In this document: one piece after another, positions 55,599 to 64,000 of the stretch
Layout: every line of letters begins with the position of its first letter
Numbering within the stretch: the first letter of the stretch is position 1
IMG/VR virus record: IMGVR_UViG_3300031760_000053
Source of the DNA: an uncultured virus (IMG/VR IMGVR_UViG_3300031760_000053)
Taxonomy: Duplodnaviria > Heunggongvirae > Uroviricota > Caudoviricetes
DNA length: 64,000 nucleotides
Reading direction: 5' to 3' (one strand)
Program-made: the position numbers and the translations under genes
The notes under the pieces: model-generated
Told to the model about the DNA's origin: nothing
The model's input: the letters and a program-made list of their open reading frames with translations, nothing else
Database searches by the model: none

Positions 55599-56507
55599 AT
55601 GAATCTTGATGATTTGAGAGGAAAGTTAAACGAACTCCGCAAGACTTATTCGGGAGAAGCCCCTCAGGCTACCCCTGAAGAAGGTATTGATAACGGAGCT
55701 ACGTTAGATACAGCAGAGGGTGGTAACACGGAAGCAGCTGCTACAGGGAGCTTTGATGTTTCTATGCCTAACGGTACAGAAATCTCTGGAGAGTTACCTG
55801 TTACACCGTCTGCACCAACAGATGCACAACCACCTGCTCCGTCGTATCTTACGATGGACAATTTTAACAATGACTTTGGACAGTGGTTCAACAACGACAG
55901 TGACTTAGGGGAAGAGCTGTTTAGACAGATGAACATAATGGGTGTCGATACAAAGACAGCCACAGAAGCTGCTTTGCGTAATGTGCTAGAGGACGTTGTT
56001 AATCGTTCTAGGGCAATTATGCAGCAGCTTTCATTTTTTATTTCAAATGTTATGCAGCAAACAAACCAGATGTCACAGATGAGTGCGGCGGTAAACAATG
56101 CTCTTGCGATGAAGGGCGAACCTATTCCGACTGTAAACATTGGTAATCCGCCCCCAGATGAGCCGAACTTTGGGGCTATGGGAGAAGCTGGTGCTGGTGC
56201 TGGTGCTGAGTTGCCGCCACCAACAGATGCAGGTGCTGGTGGTGAATTACCTCCGCCAGATGATGGTGGTGGAGAGTTTGAGCCGCCGCCAGATGATGGA
56301 GGAGGAGAGTTCGAGCCACCGCCAGAAGGAGTGCCACCAGAGGAAACTCCGTCAGATGCTAGAATAAAGAATGTGCAGTCAGGAAAATATGTTGTATCCG
56401 ATGCACAGGCGAAAAATATTTTCCGTCAAATGAAATCTTATTCTGCAAACGGGAATGGCAACCAGAGGTCAAATATTTTGAGTGCTGTTCGCACAGGTTT
56501 TAATTGA
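55599..56507 (+). CDS. putative scaffolding protein
   Basis: acidic, Pro/Gly-rich, upstream of the capsid gene; GGGEFEPPPDD repeats. Confidence 0.55.
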   Translation: MNLDDLRGKLNELRKTYSGEAPQATPEEGIDNGATLDTAEGGNTEAAATGSFDVSMPNGTEISGELPVTPSAPTDAQPPAPSYLTMDNFNNDFGQWFNNDSDLGEELFRQMNIMGVDTKTATEAALRNVLEDVVNRSRAIMQQLSFFISNVMQQTNQMSQMSAAVNNALAMKGEPIPTVNIGNPPPDEPNFGAMGEAGAGAGAELPPPTDAGAGGELPPPDDGGGEFEPPPDDGGGEFEPPPEGVPPEETPSDARIKNVQSGKYVVSDAQAKNIFRQMKSYSANGNGNQRSNILSAVRTGFN

Positions 56508-56776
56508 TGGCGAAGTTTGATGTTAAAAAGTTGCGAGATACACTTAAATCTAAGTTTGAAGAATTAGGTTTAAGTGATAAAGATGTTACGGAATTGCTTG
56601 ATGATGAACATAAGTTCGGAGTTATGGTAGATTCAAATCCTGAATTCATACAGTATTTGGATGAAGAAGAAGGCAATGATGATAGTAACAAAGAAGCGCA
56701 TTTGGATTCTACAGGAATGAATACCGTTCCTGTTGGAAAAGAATCCAAGGAAAATATATTAGCAGCACTTATGTAA
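56504..56776 (+). CDS. small acidic protein
   Basis: ORF between scaffold and capsid genes. Confidence 0.6.
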   Translation: MMAKFDVKKLRDTLKSKFEELGLSDKDVTELLDDEHKFGVMVDSNPEFIQYLDEEEGNDDSNKEAHLDSTGMNTVPVGKESKENILAALM

Positions 56777-56792
56777 CCTATAGGAGATTTAT

Positions 56793-58445
56793 ATGGGAGT
56801 AATTACAACCGACTATCTTGAAGGATTGGGAAAACAGGTTTTCATTTATGATTACTTGCAGAACGGATTGTTTCCTGGACAGTCTGACATCACTAAGATG
56901 ATTAGAGCAAGAAAACGTGATTGGAAGTTTAACGACAAATTTGAGTACCGAATGTTTGTGTCAAACACAAACACTGGTGGTTCTTTGAACTCTCAGGTTT
57001 ACAAATCTAACGTACATTTGCGCAAGGCGAATGACTTGGAGTATATGACATTTCAGGCAACATACGGTGCTATCACTGATGGTTTTGATGTAAAGACAAC
57101 ACAGAACTTGGAAACAAAAGAAAAAGAAGCAGCTTTCGTACACGACTACGCAATGATGATGCACTCTATGCGTTTGAACATTTCTGCTTTGTTCAAAAAC
57201 ATCTGTATCCACGGTCGTTTTGGAGTTGTACACCAGATTCGTGCATCAATTACAGCACCTAATGTTCACTCAAGCAAGAACCCTCAGCCGAACGTATTCA
57301 CACCTGTGCTTGGTGTACCGTTCACAATCAAAGTTCCGAACAACGTATTCCAGTCAGGATTCAAACGTGGAAAGTATCTTATCAAAACTAAGGAGAACGC
57401 TCCTTGGGGTTCTGCGGATGTAGCAGAGTTGTATATGGTTTTGGAAAACCAGCCAGGACTTTTGTCAATGCTTCCTTGTGGAACAATGGTGTCTGCTTGG
57501 GAAGACGGACAGTTCCTTGAAGTTGCTTACAACCGTGAAATTGCAGGACAGCCAGCAAACGTATTTGACAACTGGACGCCAAGCGGCATCAATGTGGCAT
57601 CAGGTGCTTTTGCAGGTAAGTATGACCAGTTTACAGGAACAGGTGTTTACACATCAGGCAACCAAGCTATTACAGGTTCTATGGAAGGTATGGCGGACTT
57701 GTTCCCGTGGTATGTAGACCCGAATGATATGTCAACACGTCTTGGTCTTGATTTGCCGTTCCGTGGACAGCCTAACCGCTTGCGCTACACAGTAGAGCAG
57801 TGTGGTCAGTTTGTTATGCAGGAAGAGGACGAGCATATTGCCGATGCTATTATGCGTGGTTTGGAATTGACAACAATGATGTTGCCAAAGAACAACTGCG
57901 TAATGTATATGAACCCAAGAACAATGACCTACTTAGGTTATGAAGAGGGTGCTACAGTACAGGCAGTTCGACAGACATCTATCGAAGGACCAATCATCTA
58001 TCAGCGTGGCGTAAACTCTGTTGACTATCAGGTAGGACCTCGCAGCTTCAAAGAAGTTGTGTACGACCAGAATATGCCAACAGACGTAATTCTTATCGGA
58101 CCGAAGAACGATTTGTCTTACAACTGTTGGGACAACTCTATCTTTGAGATTGAGAAGTACATCAAGGAAACTTGGGGAGATGGTTTGCCACCGAAGATTG
58201 ACGACCTTGAAATTCCAAATGAAATGATTGCTTCTATCGATATGAGCAAACGTATGACTTGGGGTTCACCAGAACTCCGTGATGGTGGTCTTGCACAGTT
58301 CAACTTTGGAAACGGAATCCGACACCCAGAGAGTGTTATTCCTGTTGCTATGCACGAGATGGGCGCACTCTTCACAGAGTACCCAAGCACTTACACAGTA
58401 GTACACTTGCGCAATCCAATTATTGAGTTGCCAACACAGCACTAA
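56793..58445 (+). CDS. putative major capsid protein
   Basis: 550 aa; strong RBS; high-expression codon usage (CGT, AAC, TTC); promoter upstream and terminator downstream. Confidence 0.7.
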   Translation: MGVITTDYLEGLGKQVFIYDYLQNGLFPGQSDITKMIRARKRDWKFNDKFEYRMFVSNTNTGGSLNSQVYKSNVHLRKANDLEYMTFQATYGAITDGFDVKTTQNLETKEKEAAFVHDYAMMMHSMRLNISALFKNICIHGRFGVVHQIRASITAPNVHSSKNPQPNVFTPVLGVPFTIKVPNNVFQSGFKRGKYLIKTKENAPWGSADVAELYMVLENQPGLLSMLPCGTMVSAWEDGQFLEVAYNREIAGQPANVFDNWTPSGINVASGAFAGKYDQFTGTGVYTSGNQAITGSMEGMADLFPWYVDPNDMSTRLGLDLPFRGQPNRLRYTVEQCGQFVMQEEDEHIADAIMRGLELTTMMLPKNNCVMYMNPRTMTYLGYEEGATVQAVRQTSIEGPIIYQRGVNSVDYQVGPRSFKEVVYDQNMPTDVILIGPKNDLSYNCWDNSIFEIEKYIKETWGDGLPPKIDDLEIPNEMIASIDMSKRMTWGSPELRDGGLAQFNFGNGIRHPESVIPVAMHEMGALFTEYPSTYTVVHLRNPIIELPTQH

Positions 58446-58460
58446 GGAAGGAAGGAAGGA

Positions 58461-58497
58461 AGCAGCCAGCAAAGAATAGCTGGCTGCTATTGTTTTT
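58461..58497 (+). terminator. intrinsic terminator after the capsid gene
   Basis: agcagccagc-aaagaata-gctggctgct followed by attgttttt. Confidence 0.75.
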
Positions 58498-60123
58498 ATG
58501 AGTGGATTATCCGATTGGGTTAATGCCTTAAAGAATACAGCTTCAATGCCTCTCTTATCTGATAGTCAAAGAAAATCTATGACTAAAGAAACTTCTGTCG
58601 AAGATAATAAAGTAAAAGAGTTTAGACGGCAAGAAGCACAATATTCTGGTAGACATATTGATGAGTTTAGACGATTACCAGCTGACAGTGCTATTGAATT
58701 TAGTAGAATCGTTGATGAAGAAGTGTCTGCAGGCAGTGCTATTGAATTTAGTAGAATCGTTGATGAAGAAGTGCCTGCAAAACAACGAAACTATAACTTA
58801 GTACAGGGTCTAAACTTTGAGCAAAGAGGTGGTAAGTCAAAGCTGTCTAAAGTACCTACAAACTATGCGAACTATCTAAAAGCAAATTCAAGTTCTCCTA
58901 GTGACTATATGACAGCAGCTCAACAAAATCTTGCAACATTGCAAGCACAGTATAATACAGCTCTTGCTAAGGCAGGTCCTCTAAAATTTGCTTCAAAAAA
59001 AGATATACAGAACTTAGCTTCTACTCGCAGACATATTAGACAAACAGAAAGAACTCTTGGTTATTTTAACCTAATGAAAAGTACTGGAAACTTAAACTTT
59101 CAAGTGTTTGGAACTGGCAAGAATGTAAACTTGAATATGATAAAAACATACCTAGAAGCCTTTAAAGAAGCCGATAAATCTAGTTCTGCTTCCGATTTAG
59201 ACTTTAAGGCAGGTGCTGTTCACACTCGTAACTCAGGACGATATGCAGGTGAGCAGTATGATATTTCTTCTCGACTTCGACGAGGAAAAATTACCAATGG
59301 AAAAGATACAAACTTTATAAAATCAGAAGGTGGAGAAGGACATATACAAAAAGTTGTTTACAATATTCCTTATAGCATTATGGAAGTAACCTTTGCAAAA
59401 GGTGGTTATAGAGGAAATGTTTGCGTTTTTTTTGAAGTTCCCGTATCCGTTGCATATCAAATATGTAACGCAATAGAAACCAATGCTACAGTTCCTTTCT
59501 ACCAAAAAGAGTGGGTACGAGGTAAAAAACTTTGGGTAAAGACAGATAGAGATGAAGTCCATCTAGCAGGTGTTCTCTTTTGGGATTACATACGAGTAAG
59601 AACTACTGTAAGCGGTGTACGATACCCATTTGAGTATATGCCTTCGGCTACGGATATTGAATCTGCTACATCATTGCAAGAGCGAAGCACTCCTGACTCA
59701 CACGGTATTATGAACTCCGACCCTGTAACAAAGACAAAATCTCGGTCTGTAAAAATACAAATATCCATTGGTACAACGCTCAAAGAGATAAAGATACCAA
59801 TCGAAAGTGGTTGTATGGAAGACGATAACTTTACAGGAAGCGAACTTTATGACAGTGGTATATTGGGACAAATTCTTGACTGGTACGAAGATGAAGACAG
59901 AGATGAGAATGATTTCACTCTTATAAAAAGCCCTAGTACTTTTATCTCGAAAAAAGAAGAGGTGACAAATCTTATAAAGGATATAACAAATTCTTACGAA
60001 AACAAAAGAGATGGTGTTGTAGATGTTCGGAACTTTGGAGCAAATATTGCAAGACTAATTGAATATGGTGTGAATCCAGAGGTATTCGAGGAAGTGGTTA
60101 TAGATGATTTGTACGAACTTTAA
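58498..60123 (+). CDS. protein with KTSC-like domain and internal repeat
   Basis: HIQKVVYN...MEVTF...FFEVP...GVLFWDYIR resembles KTSC. Confidence 0.55.
   Translation: MSGLSDWVNALKNTASMPLLSDSQRKSMTKETSVEDNKVKEFRRQEAQYSGRHIDEFRRLPADSAIEFSRIVDEEVSAGSAIEFSRIVDEEVPAKQRNYNLVQGLNFEQRGGKSKLSKVPTNYANYLKANSSSPSDYMTAAQQNLATLQAQYNTALAKAGPLKFASKKDIQNLASTRRHIRQTERTLGYFNLMKSTGNLNFQVFGTGKNVNLNMIKTYLEAFKEADKSSSASDLDFKAGAVHTRNSGRYAGEQYDISSRLRRGKITNGKDTNFIKSEGGEGHIQKVVYNIPYSIMEVTFAKGGYRGNVCVFFEVPVSVAYQICNAIETNATVPFYQKEWVRGKKLWVKTDRDEVHLAGVLFWDYIRVRTTVSGVRYPFEYMPSATDIESATSLQERSTPDSHGIMNSDPVTKTKSRSVKIQISIGTTLKEIKIPIESGCMEDDNFTGSELYDSGILGQILDWYEDEDRDENDFTLIKSPSTFISKKEEVTNLIKDITNSYENKRDGVVDVRNFGANIARLIEYGVNPEVFEEVVIDDLYEL
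58686..58779 (+). repeat. 48-bp in-frame tandem duplication (SAIEFSRIVDEEV x2)
   Basis: cagtgctattgaatttagtagaatcgttgatgaagaagtg repeated exactly. Confidence 0.9.
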
Positions 60124-60126
60124 CAC

Positions 60127-60155
60127 TAGACAAATTCCTACTAGTAGTTTATAAT
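60127..60155 (+). promoter_or_regulatory. sigma70-type promoter
   Basis: TAGACA, 17 bp, TATAAT. Confidence 0.65.
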
Positions 60156-60173
60156 TGAAAGAGGAGAAATCTG

Positions 60174-60410
60174 ATGAGAACTTGTTTTTTGAACAATTAC
60201 TATATGAAAAATGAGCGAAGTAATAAGCTGTACCAAACAGTTATTATTGACCTTGCTTTAGCAGGTGCGCTCGACAGGACTATTGCAGAACAACTTTTGG
60301 GGTATAAAATCCCTGACAGCATCACTAGTCCTGTATCACTTGAAAAGAAAAAGACTTCAAAAAAGTCAAACCTTGTCAAAGTTGAAAAAACGGAAGATGC
60401 CACAGAATGA
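60174..60410 (+). CDS. hypothetical protein
   Basis: GAGGAG RBS. Confidence 0.6.
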   Translation: MRTCFLNNYYMKNERSNKLYQTVIIDLALAGALDRTIAEQLLGYKIPDSITSPVSLEKKKTSKKSNLVKVEKTEDATE

Positions 60411-60628
60411 TTACGATGGAAGAAGTGAACCAAGCATTAAGAGATACTTGGACACTAGAACTAAAAAAAGAAGAGAGCTTACCAAAACAACTTGCAAAAA
60501 GCTACAAGGCTTGGGTTCGAGGTTTGATACAAAATGCTGCAGCAGGATTGCAACAGAATGAAGCAGCAGGTGCTAATGACCAAGAAGCTGCTCAGGGTGC
60601 TGGTGGCGGTGAAGCTCCTCAGGAGTAA
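60407..60628 (+). CDS. hypothetical protein
   Basis: ATGA coupling. Confidence 0.55.
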   Translation: MITMEEVNQALRDTWTLELKKEESLPKQLAKSYKAWVRGLIQNAAAGLQQNEAAGANDQEAAQGAGGGEAPQE

Positions 60629-60632
60629 ATAA

Positions 60633-62156
60633 ATGAGTACGTTTACACAGTGGAATGGACCAGGCGAGATAGGTGGTCGAATACATATAAAAGAGCTTAC
60701 AGAGATGTACGATGCGTTCAAGCAACTCTCTACTGAGATTCACGCGCATATCAATGATGCTGTTGGTGCGACGTACACTCTTGATAGTAGTACGGACAAG
60801 TATACCGTATCTGGAGGTAACTGGGCGCACGGATTTGACAAGGCTCTTGAGAACCTCTTGAACACGATTCATTCAAAGGTTTCAGCTTTAACAACCACTG
60901 TGAATAACAATCAGGCTGCTCTTAAAGATACTAGTGGTACAAAATTAGCTGCTGACACTGTGCTTTATTCCAAGTCAGAAGTGGATAGTTTACTTGCAAA
61001 TAAAGCAAATACGTTTACAGTAGAAACCGAAGTAAAATCATCTGGTAATCCTGTTTCTGCCACTGCTGTACAGACGGCTTTGGATAAGAAGCAAGACACT
61101 CTAACCTTTGCTACTACAGTTGCTGATGGCGACACTAATCCTGTGACAGCTGATGCTGTATACGACGCCCTTGCAGATTATATTCCAACTTCAAAATTGG
61201 GGAACTTAAATAATTACGCAACGATTGGTGCATATATAAAAGCTGTGGCAGATTCTGTGGCAAAACTTCCTACAGTCAATTCTATTTACGGAAAAAACGA
61301 GCCTACAGATTCAGAAAAAAATCTTTTATCTCAGATACAAACAGCTACTAACAACATCTCTATTTTAACATCTGCAATAAAAACTCTTTTCAAAACGAGT
61401 GGTGATGGCAAAGTCACAACAGAGTTGAAGCCTGGTGTCTTCAAAGATATGAACTTAGCTGTAGCAGATTTTGATGCTTCCTCTGCTGACGTTGCTGGAC
61501 AGACGAGTACAAAAAGCCTAAAGACAGATGATGTATACGCCAAAGATAAAAACTATATCGATGTGCATAATGATGTAGTCTTTAGGGGTACTGTCAAAGT
61601 AAGCGACAAGCCGCTTGCTACAGAAGCGTTTGTACAGAGTCAGGTACAATCACAGGTCGCTACTCAGATGGACGGTAGCTATGCTACTAAGACAGAGCTG
61701 GCTGCTACTAAGCAGGAATTGGCGGCTACCGACCGTAAGTTATCCAACGATATTGACGACGCAACTGACAATCTTAACAACCGAATCTCCGAAACAGCTG
61801 CCGACCTTAGTGAACAAATCTCTGAAACGAAAGAAGCAATACGCAAGGGCAAAGTTCCTGTGGGGGACACTATGCGTTGGGGCGATGCTGAATTGGAATC
61901 TCGTAGCGTACGCTCTACTACGCCGTTTACCTTTACTTTTAAAGGAAAGCAGCATACCATCAATCCAAAAGATGCTACGGTGGAATTGTACATTGCTAAG
62001 AATGTACCAGAGGGCTGGCACGCTCTTGATGGTTCTGTAGAGCTTAGTGCAAGTGAATATCCAGAGCTTGCGGCTGTTATGAAGGAAAATGTTACGACCG
62101 ATAAAAAAATATGGTTACCTTATGTCGCAGGACAGATTATAAAGATTATAGCATAG
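60633..62156 (+). CDS. putative tail fibre / collar protein
   Basis: YSKSEVD, KQDTLTF, NPVT..AVY, YATKTEL repeats and collar-like VPEGWHALDG C-terminus. Confidence 0.7.
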   Translation: MSTFTQWNGPGEIGGRIHIKELTEMYDAFKQLSTEIHAHINDAVGATYTLDSSTDKYTVSGGNWAHGFDKALENLLNTIHSKVSALTTTVNNNQAALKDTSGTKLAADTVLYSKSEVDSLLANKANTFTVETEVKSSGNPVSATAVQTALDKKQDTLTFATTVADGDTNPVTADAVYDALADYIPTSKLGNLNNYATIGAYIKAVADSVAKLPTVNSIYGKNEPTDSEKNLLSQIQTATNNISILTSAIKTLFKTSGDGKVTTELKPGVFKDMNLAVADFDASSADVAGQTSTKSLKTDDVYAKDKNYIDVHNDVVFRGTVKVSDKPLATEAFVQSQVQSQVATQMDGSYATKTELAATKQELAATDRKLSNDIDDATDNLNNRISETAADLSEQISETKEAIRKGKVPVGDTMRWGDAELESRSVRSTTPFTFTFKGKQHTINPKDATVELYIAKNVPEGWHALDGSVELSASEYPELAAVMKENVTTDKKIWLPYVAGQIIKIIA

Positions 62157-62164
62157 GAGTTTAT

Positions 62165-62833
62165 ATGAGTACACAGATACTTGGCAATATCGAACTTGTA
62201 ACAAAACAAGAAGTTGAAGGTATGCTCGAAGAGGTTGTTGTTTCAGAGCAGACTATTGACGATAAAATCGCAGTTGAGAAAGAGAACAGAGAAACGGCAG
62301 TAGCATCTGTCAGAGCTGTAATTGAACAGGCTAAGACTTCTCAGCTTGCAGATAAGGCAGAACTCGACGACAAAATTACAGATGAAGCTGCTATTCGTGA
62401 CGGAAGAGATAAGGGCATCGAAGAAAATCTTGCAAAAGAAATTGGTGAGCGCAAAGCTGCTGACCAGAGTTTGCTTGAAACCCTGACAAAGATGCACGAG
62501 GACAATCATACATTTCAGGAAGACGCATACGCTTTTTCGTTTGTAGAAAAGCTCAAGGGCTTGCCTATTGCTATGATTACAGTTACAAACACTGATAAGT
62601 CATTGCACGTGGGCGATACCATTACAACAATCGACGAGGATTACTTCCCCAAGCGTTCTGTAGATTTCATTATGTACTCAGAGCAGCTTGACAGTGTGGG
62701 CGCAAGCAAGACTGTTATGCTTGTTCTCCGTCTTGACAACGACGGAAACGTAAAGGTTGTAAATATGGTTGATGTTGCTACTGCAACATCTGTGACTGAC
62801 GAAGCAAGTGCAGTGTACTTTACGGAGCGTTAA
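62165..62833 (+). CDS. putative tail-fibre-associated coiled-coil protein
   Basis: E...R..AD heptads; start MSTQIL with AGGAG RBS. Confidence 0.6.
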   Translation: MSTQILGNIELVTKQEVEGMLEEVVVSEQTIDDKIAVEKENRETAVASVRAVIEQAKTSQLADKAELDDKITDEAAIRDGRDKGIEENLAKEIGERKAADQSLLETLTKMHEDNHTFQEDAYAFSFVEKLKGLPIAMITVTNTDKSLHVGDTITTIDEDYFPKRSVDFIMYSEQLDSVGASKTVMLVLRLDNDGNVKVVNMVDVATATSVTDEASAVYFTER

Positions 62834-62835
62834 TT

Positions 62836-63120
62836 ATGGCATATTGTGCAACAGGAAGTGTAAGTATCGCTGACTGGGCGGAAATCAAAAAGCTCTGCAA
62901 GCAAATGCAGGATATGATTGATGCTCGTTTCCGCCAGTTAGATACTGATACAATGCAGAACTTGAAGAACAAGCTGTCTACGTTTGAAACTAGCATAAAT
63001 GAATTGCAGGTTCACGATGCTGTACAAGACAAACGGATTGATGACTTGGAAGAAGTAAGTGCTAACACTCCTCTTACGACAAGTGAGGTGTTGGAGATGT
63101 GGCAAGGTGGGAACGAATGA
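62836..63120 (+). CDS. small coiled-coil virion protein
   Basis: ORF in the tail operon. Confidence 0.6.
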   Translation: MAYCATGSVSIADWAEIKKLCKQMQDMIDARFRQLDTDTMQNLKNKLSTFETSINELQVHDAVQDKRIDDLEEVSANTPLTTSEVLEMWQGGNE

Positions 63121-63773
63121 AAAGTATCAAATACTTAGGAATGAGAGGTACTCAAGACCTTATAAACCTTATCAAAGCTGACCTTGACCTAAAACAAAAC
63201 TTGCTACAATTTGCAGCTATGCCAAACTATGCAGATTATATCGGCAAGATTGTTCAGTACACAGGTAAAACAAACGAACAGTTTACGATGGGGCATTTCT
63301 ATAAGAGCAATGGCTTTTCGTGGTATGAGATTTATTCATCGATTACCATCAAAGGTTTTGAGCTTGTAGATGCGCTTCCAGCTCTTGAAGATGCTGAGTG
63401 GAACATTATGTACTTTTTGGCAGACAAGAAGTTCCACACATTGAAAAGTTACGTGAGAGGGGACGACCAGTACTACGAGGTCGGCACTACAAAGTCTTGG
63501 GAAATTGTAGATGCTATTCCTGATTGGAATAAAGCAAATCCCAACGTGATTTATTTTATGCTTAAAGACAGATGTCTTGTAGGGCATATCAAAAATGAGA
63601 ATGAAGAAGGAAAATTTGATGTTGTAGGCGACAATGTAATGCAGAAAGTTACATTGCTAAACGAAGACGGAGAACTTGGCGATGCAGAATATGTGAACGC
63701 AAACGACATTGAGTTTGAGTGCATACCTGCTAGTAGCATAGAGAAAGCTGTCGGAGAGGTGTGGGATGTTTAA
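63117..63773 (+). CDS. putative tail accessory protein
   Basis: repeated (L/I)VDA(L/I)P...N..YF modules; ATGA coupling. Confidence 0.6.
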   Translation: MKSIKYLGMRGTQDLINLIKADLDLKQNLLQFAAMPNYADYIGKIVQYTGKTNEQFTMGHFYKSNGFSWYEIYSSITIKGFELVDALPALEDAEWNIMYFLADKKFHTLKSYVRGDDQYYEVGTTKSWEIVDAIPDWNKANPNVIYFMLKDRCLVGHIKNENEEGKFDVVGDNVMQKVTLLNEDGELGDAEYVNANDIEFECIPASSIEKAVGEVWDV

Positions 63774-63992
63774 CTTATCAAGTATGATGCAGTTGCTACA
63801 GAATCCGCAGCAGGTATTATCTGAGCAGATGGCTGCACAGCTTATTCGTGAGAACCCAAAGCAATGGCAGCAAGCACAAGGTATGTTTGCTAATAAAACC
63901 ACGAACAACAAGTAGCAGCATTAAGAGAACTCTATAAGAGTAGAGGAATGAATCTTGATGCTGTAGCTAGACAATATGGAGTACAGTTATGA
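63766..63992 (+). pseudogene. Gln/Met-rich conserved phage protein interrupted by a frameshift (or sequencing error)
   Basis: frame 0 stops at 63913-63915; the -1 frame continues HEQQVAALRELYKSRGMNLDAVARQYGVQL. Confidence 0.55.
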
Positions 63993-64000
63993 TAAGTGAT

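Noticed and set aside
1..64000. Stop-codon reassignment
   Set aside because: Standard code gives dense, intact genes, and TAG, TGA and TAA all end genes at sensible junctions.
1..64000. tRNA genes, reverse transcriptase/DGR, integrase or repressor
   Set aside because: None recognised by eye; tRNAscan-SE and HMM searches would be needed to exclude them formally.

Overview
Near-complete (~64 kb) genome of a tailed dsDNA phage, probably lytic and podovirus-like: no integrase, repressor, tape measure or sheath was recognised. The host is probably diderm, plausibly Treponema (inferred from a lipoprotein/spanin-like pair and recalled small-protein families, not verified by search). Layout: + strand tail/lysis genes (1-4710); a convergent - strand arm (4852-31730) with a replication module (PolA, SSB, DUF5664 nucleotide hydrolase, helicase-primase, SNF2 helicase, HNH, VRR-NUC) and an early region of ~25 small genes; a 1.3-kb non-coding divergence region; and a + strand packaging/virion arm (33067-64000: ParB-like, terminase, portal, 2486-aa protein, internal proteins, adaptor, scaffold, major capsid, tail fibres). 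The most unusual signal is in the early region (23.3-31.8 kb). At least 14 intergenic hairpins with a near-invariant CTAG-N4-7-CTAG apex and covarying stems, some with attC-like geometry, separate the genes like cassettes. The first four genes, one of them an AcrIII-1/DUF1874-like ring nuclease, have a conserved H-type pseudoknot where the Shine-Dalgarno (SD) should be. Other oddities: two secreted coiled-coil proteins encoded in different frames from overlapping GTGs behind one RBS, a helicase-before-primase domain order, two long inverted-repeat elements sharing a 16-bp core, a probable TerS-TerL fusion, a split-looking S74 chaperone, and a candidate anti-SD small RNA. All family calls are by eye from motifs.
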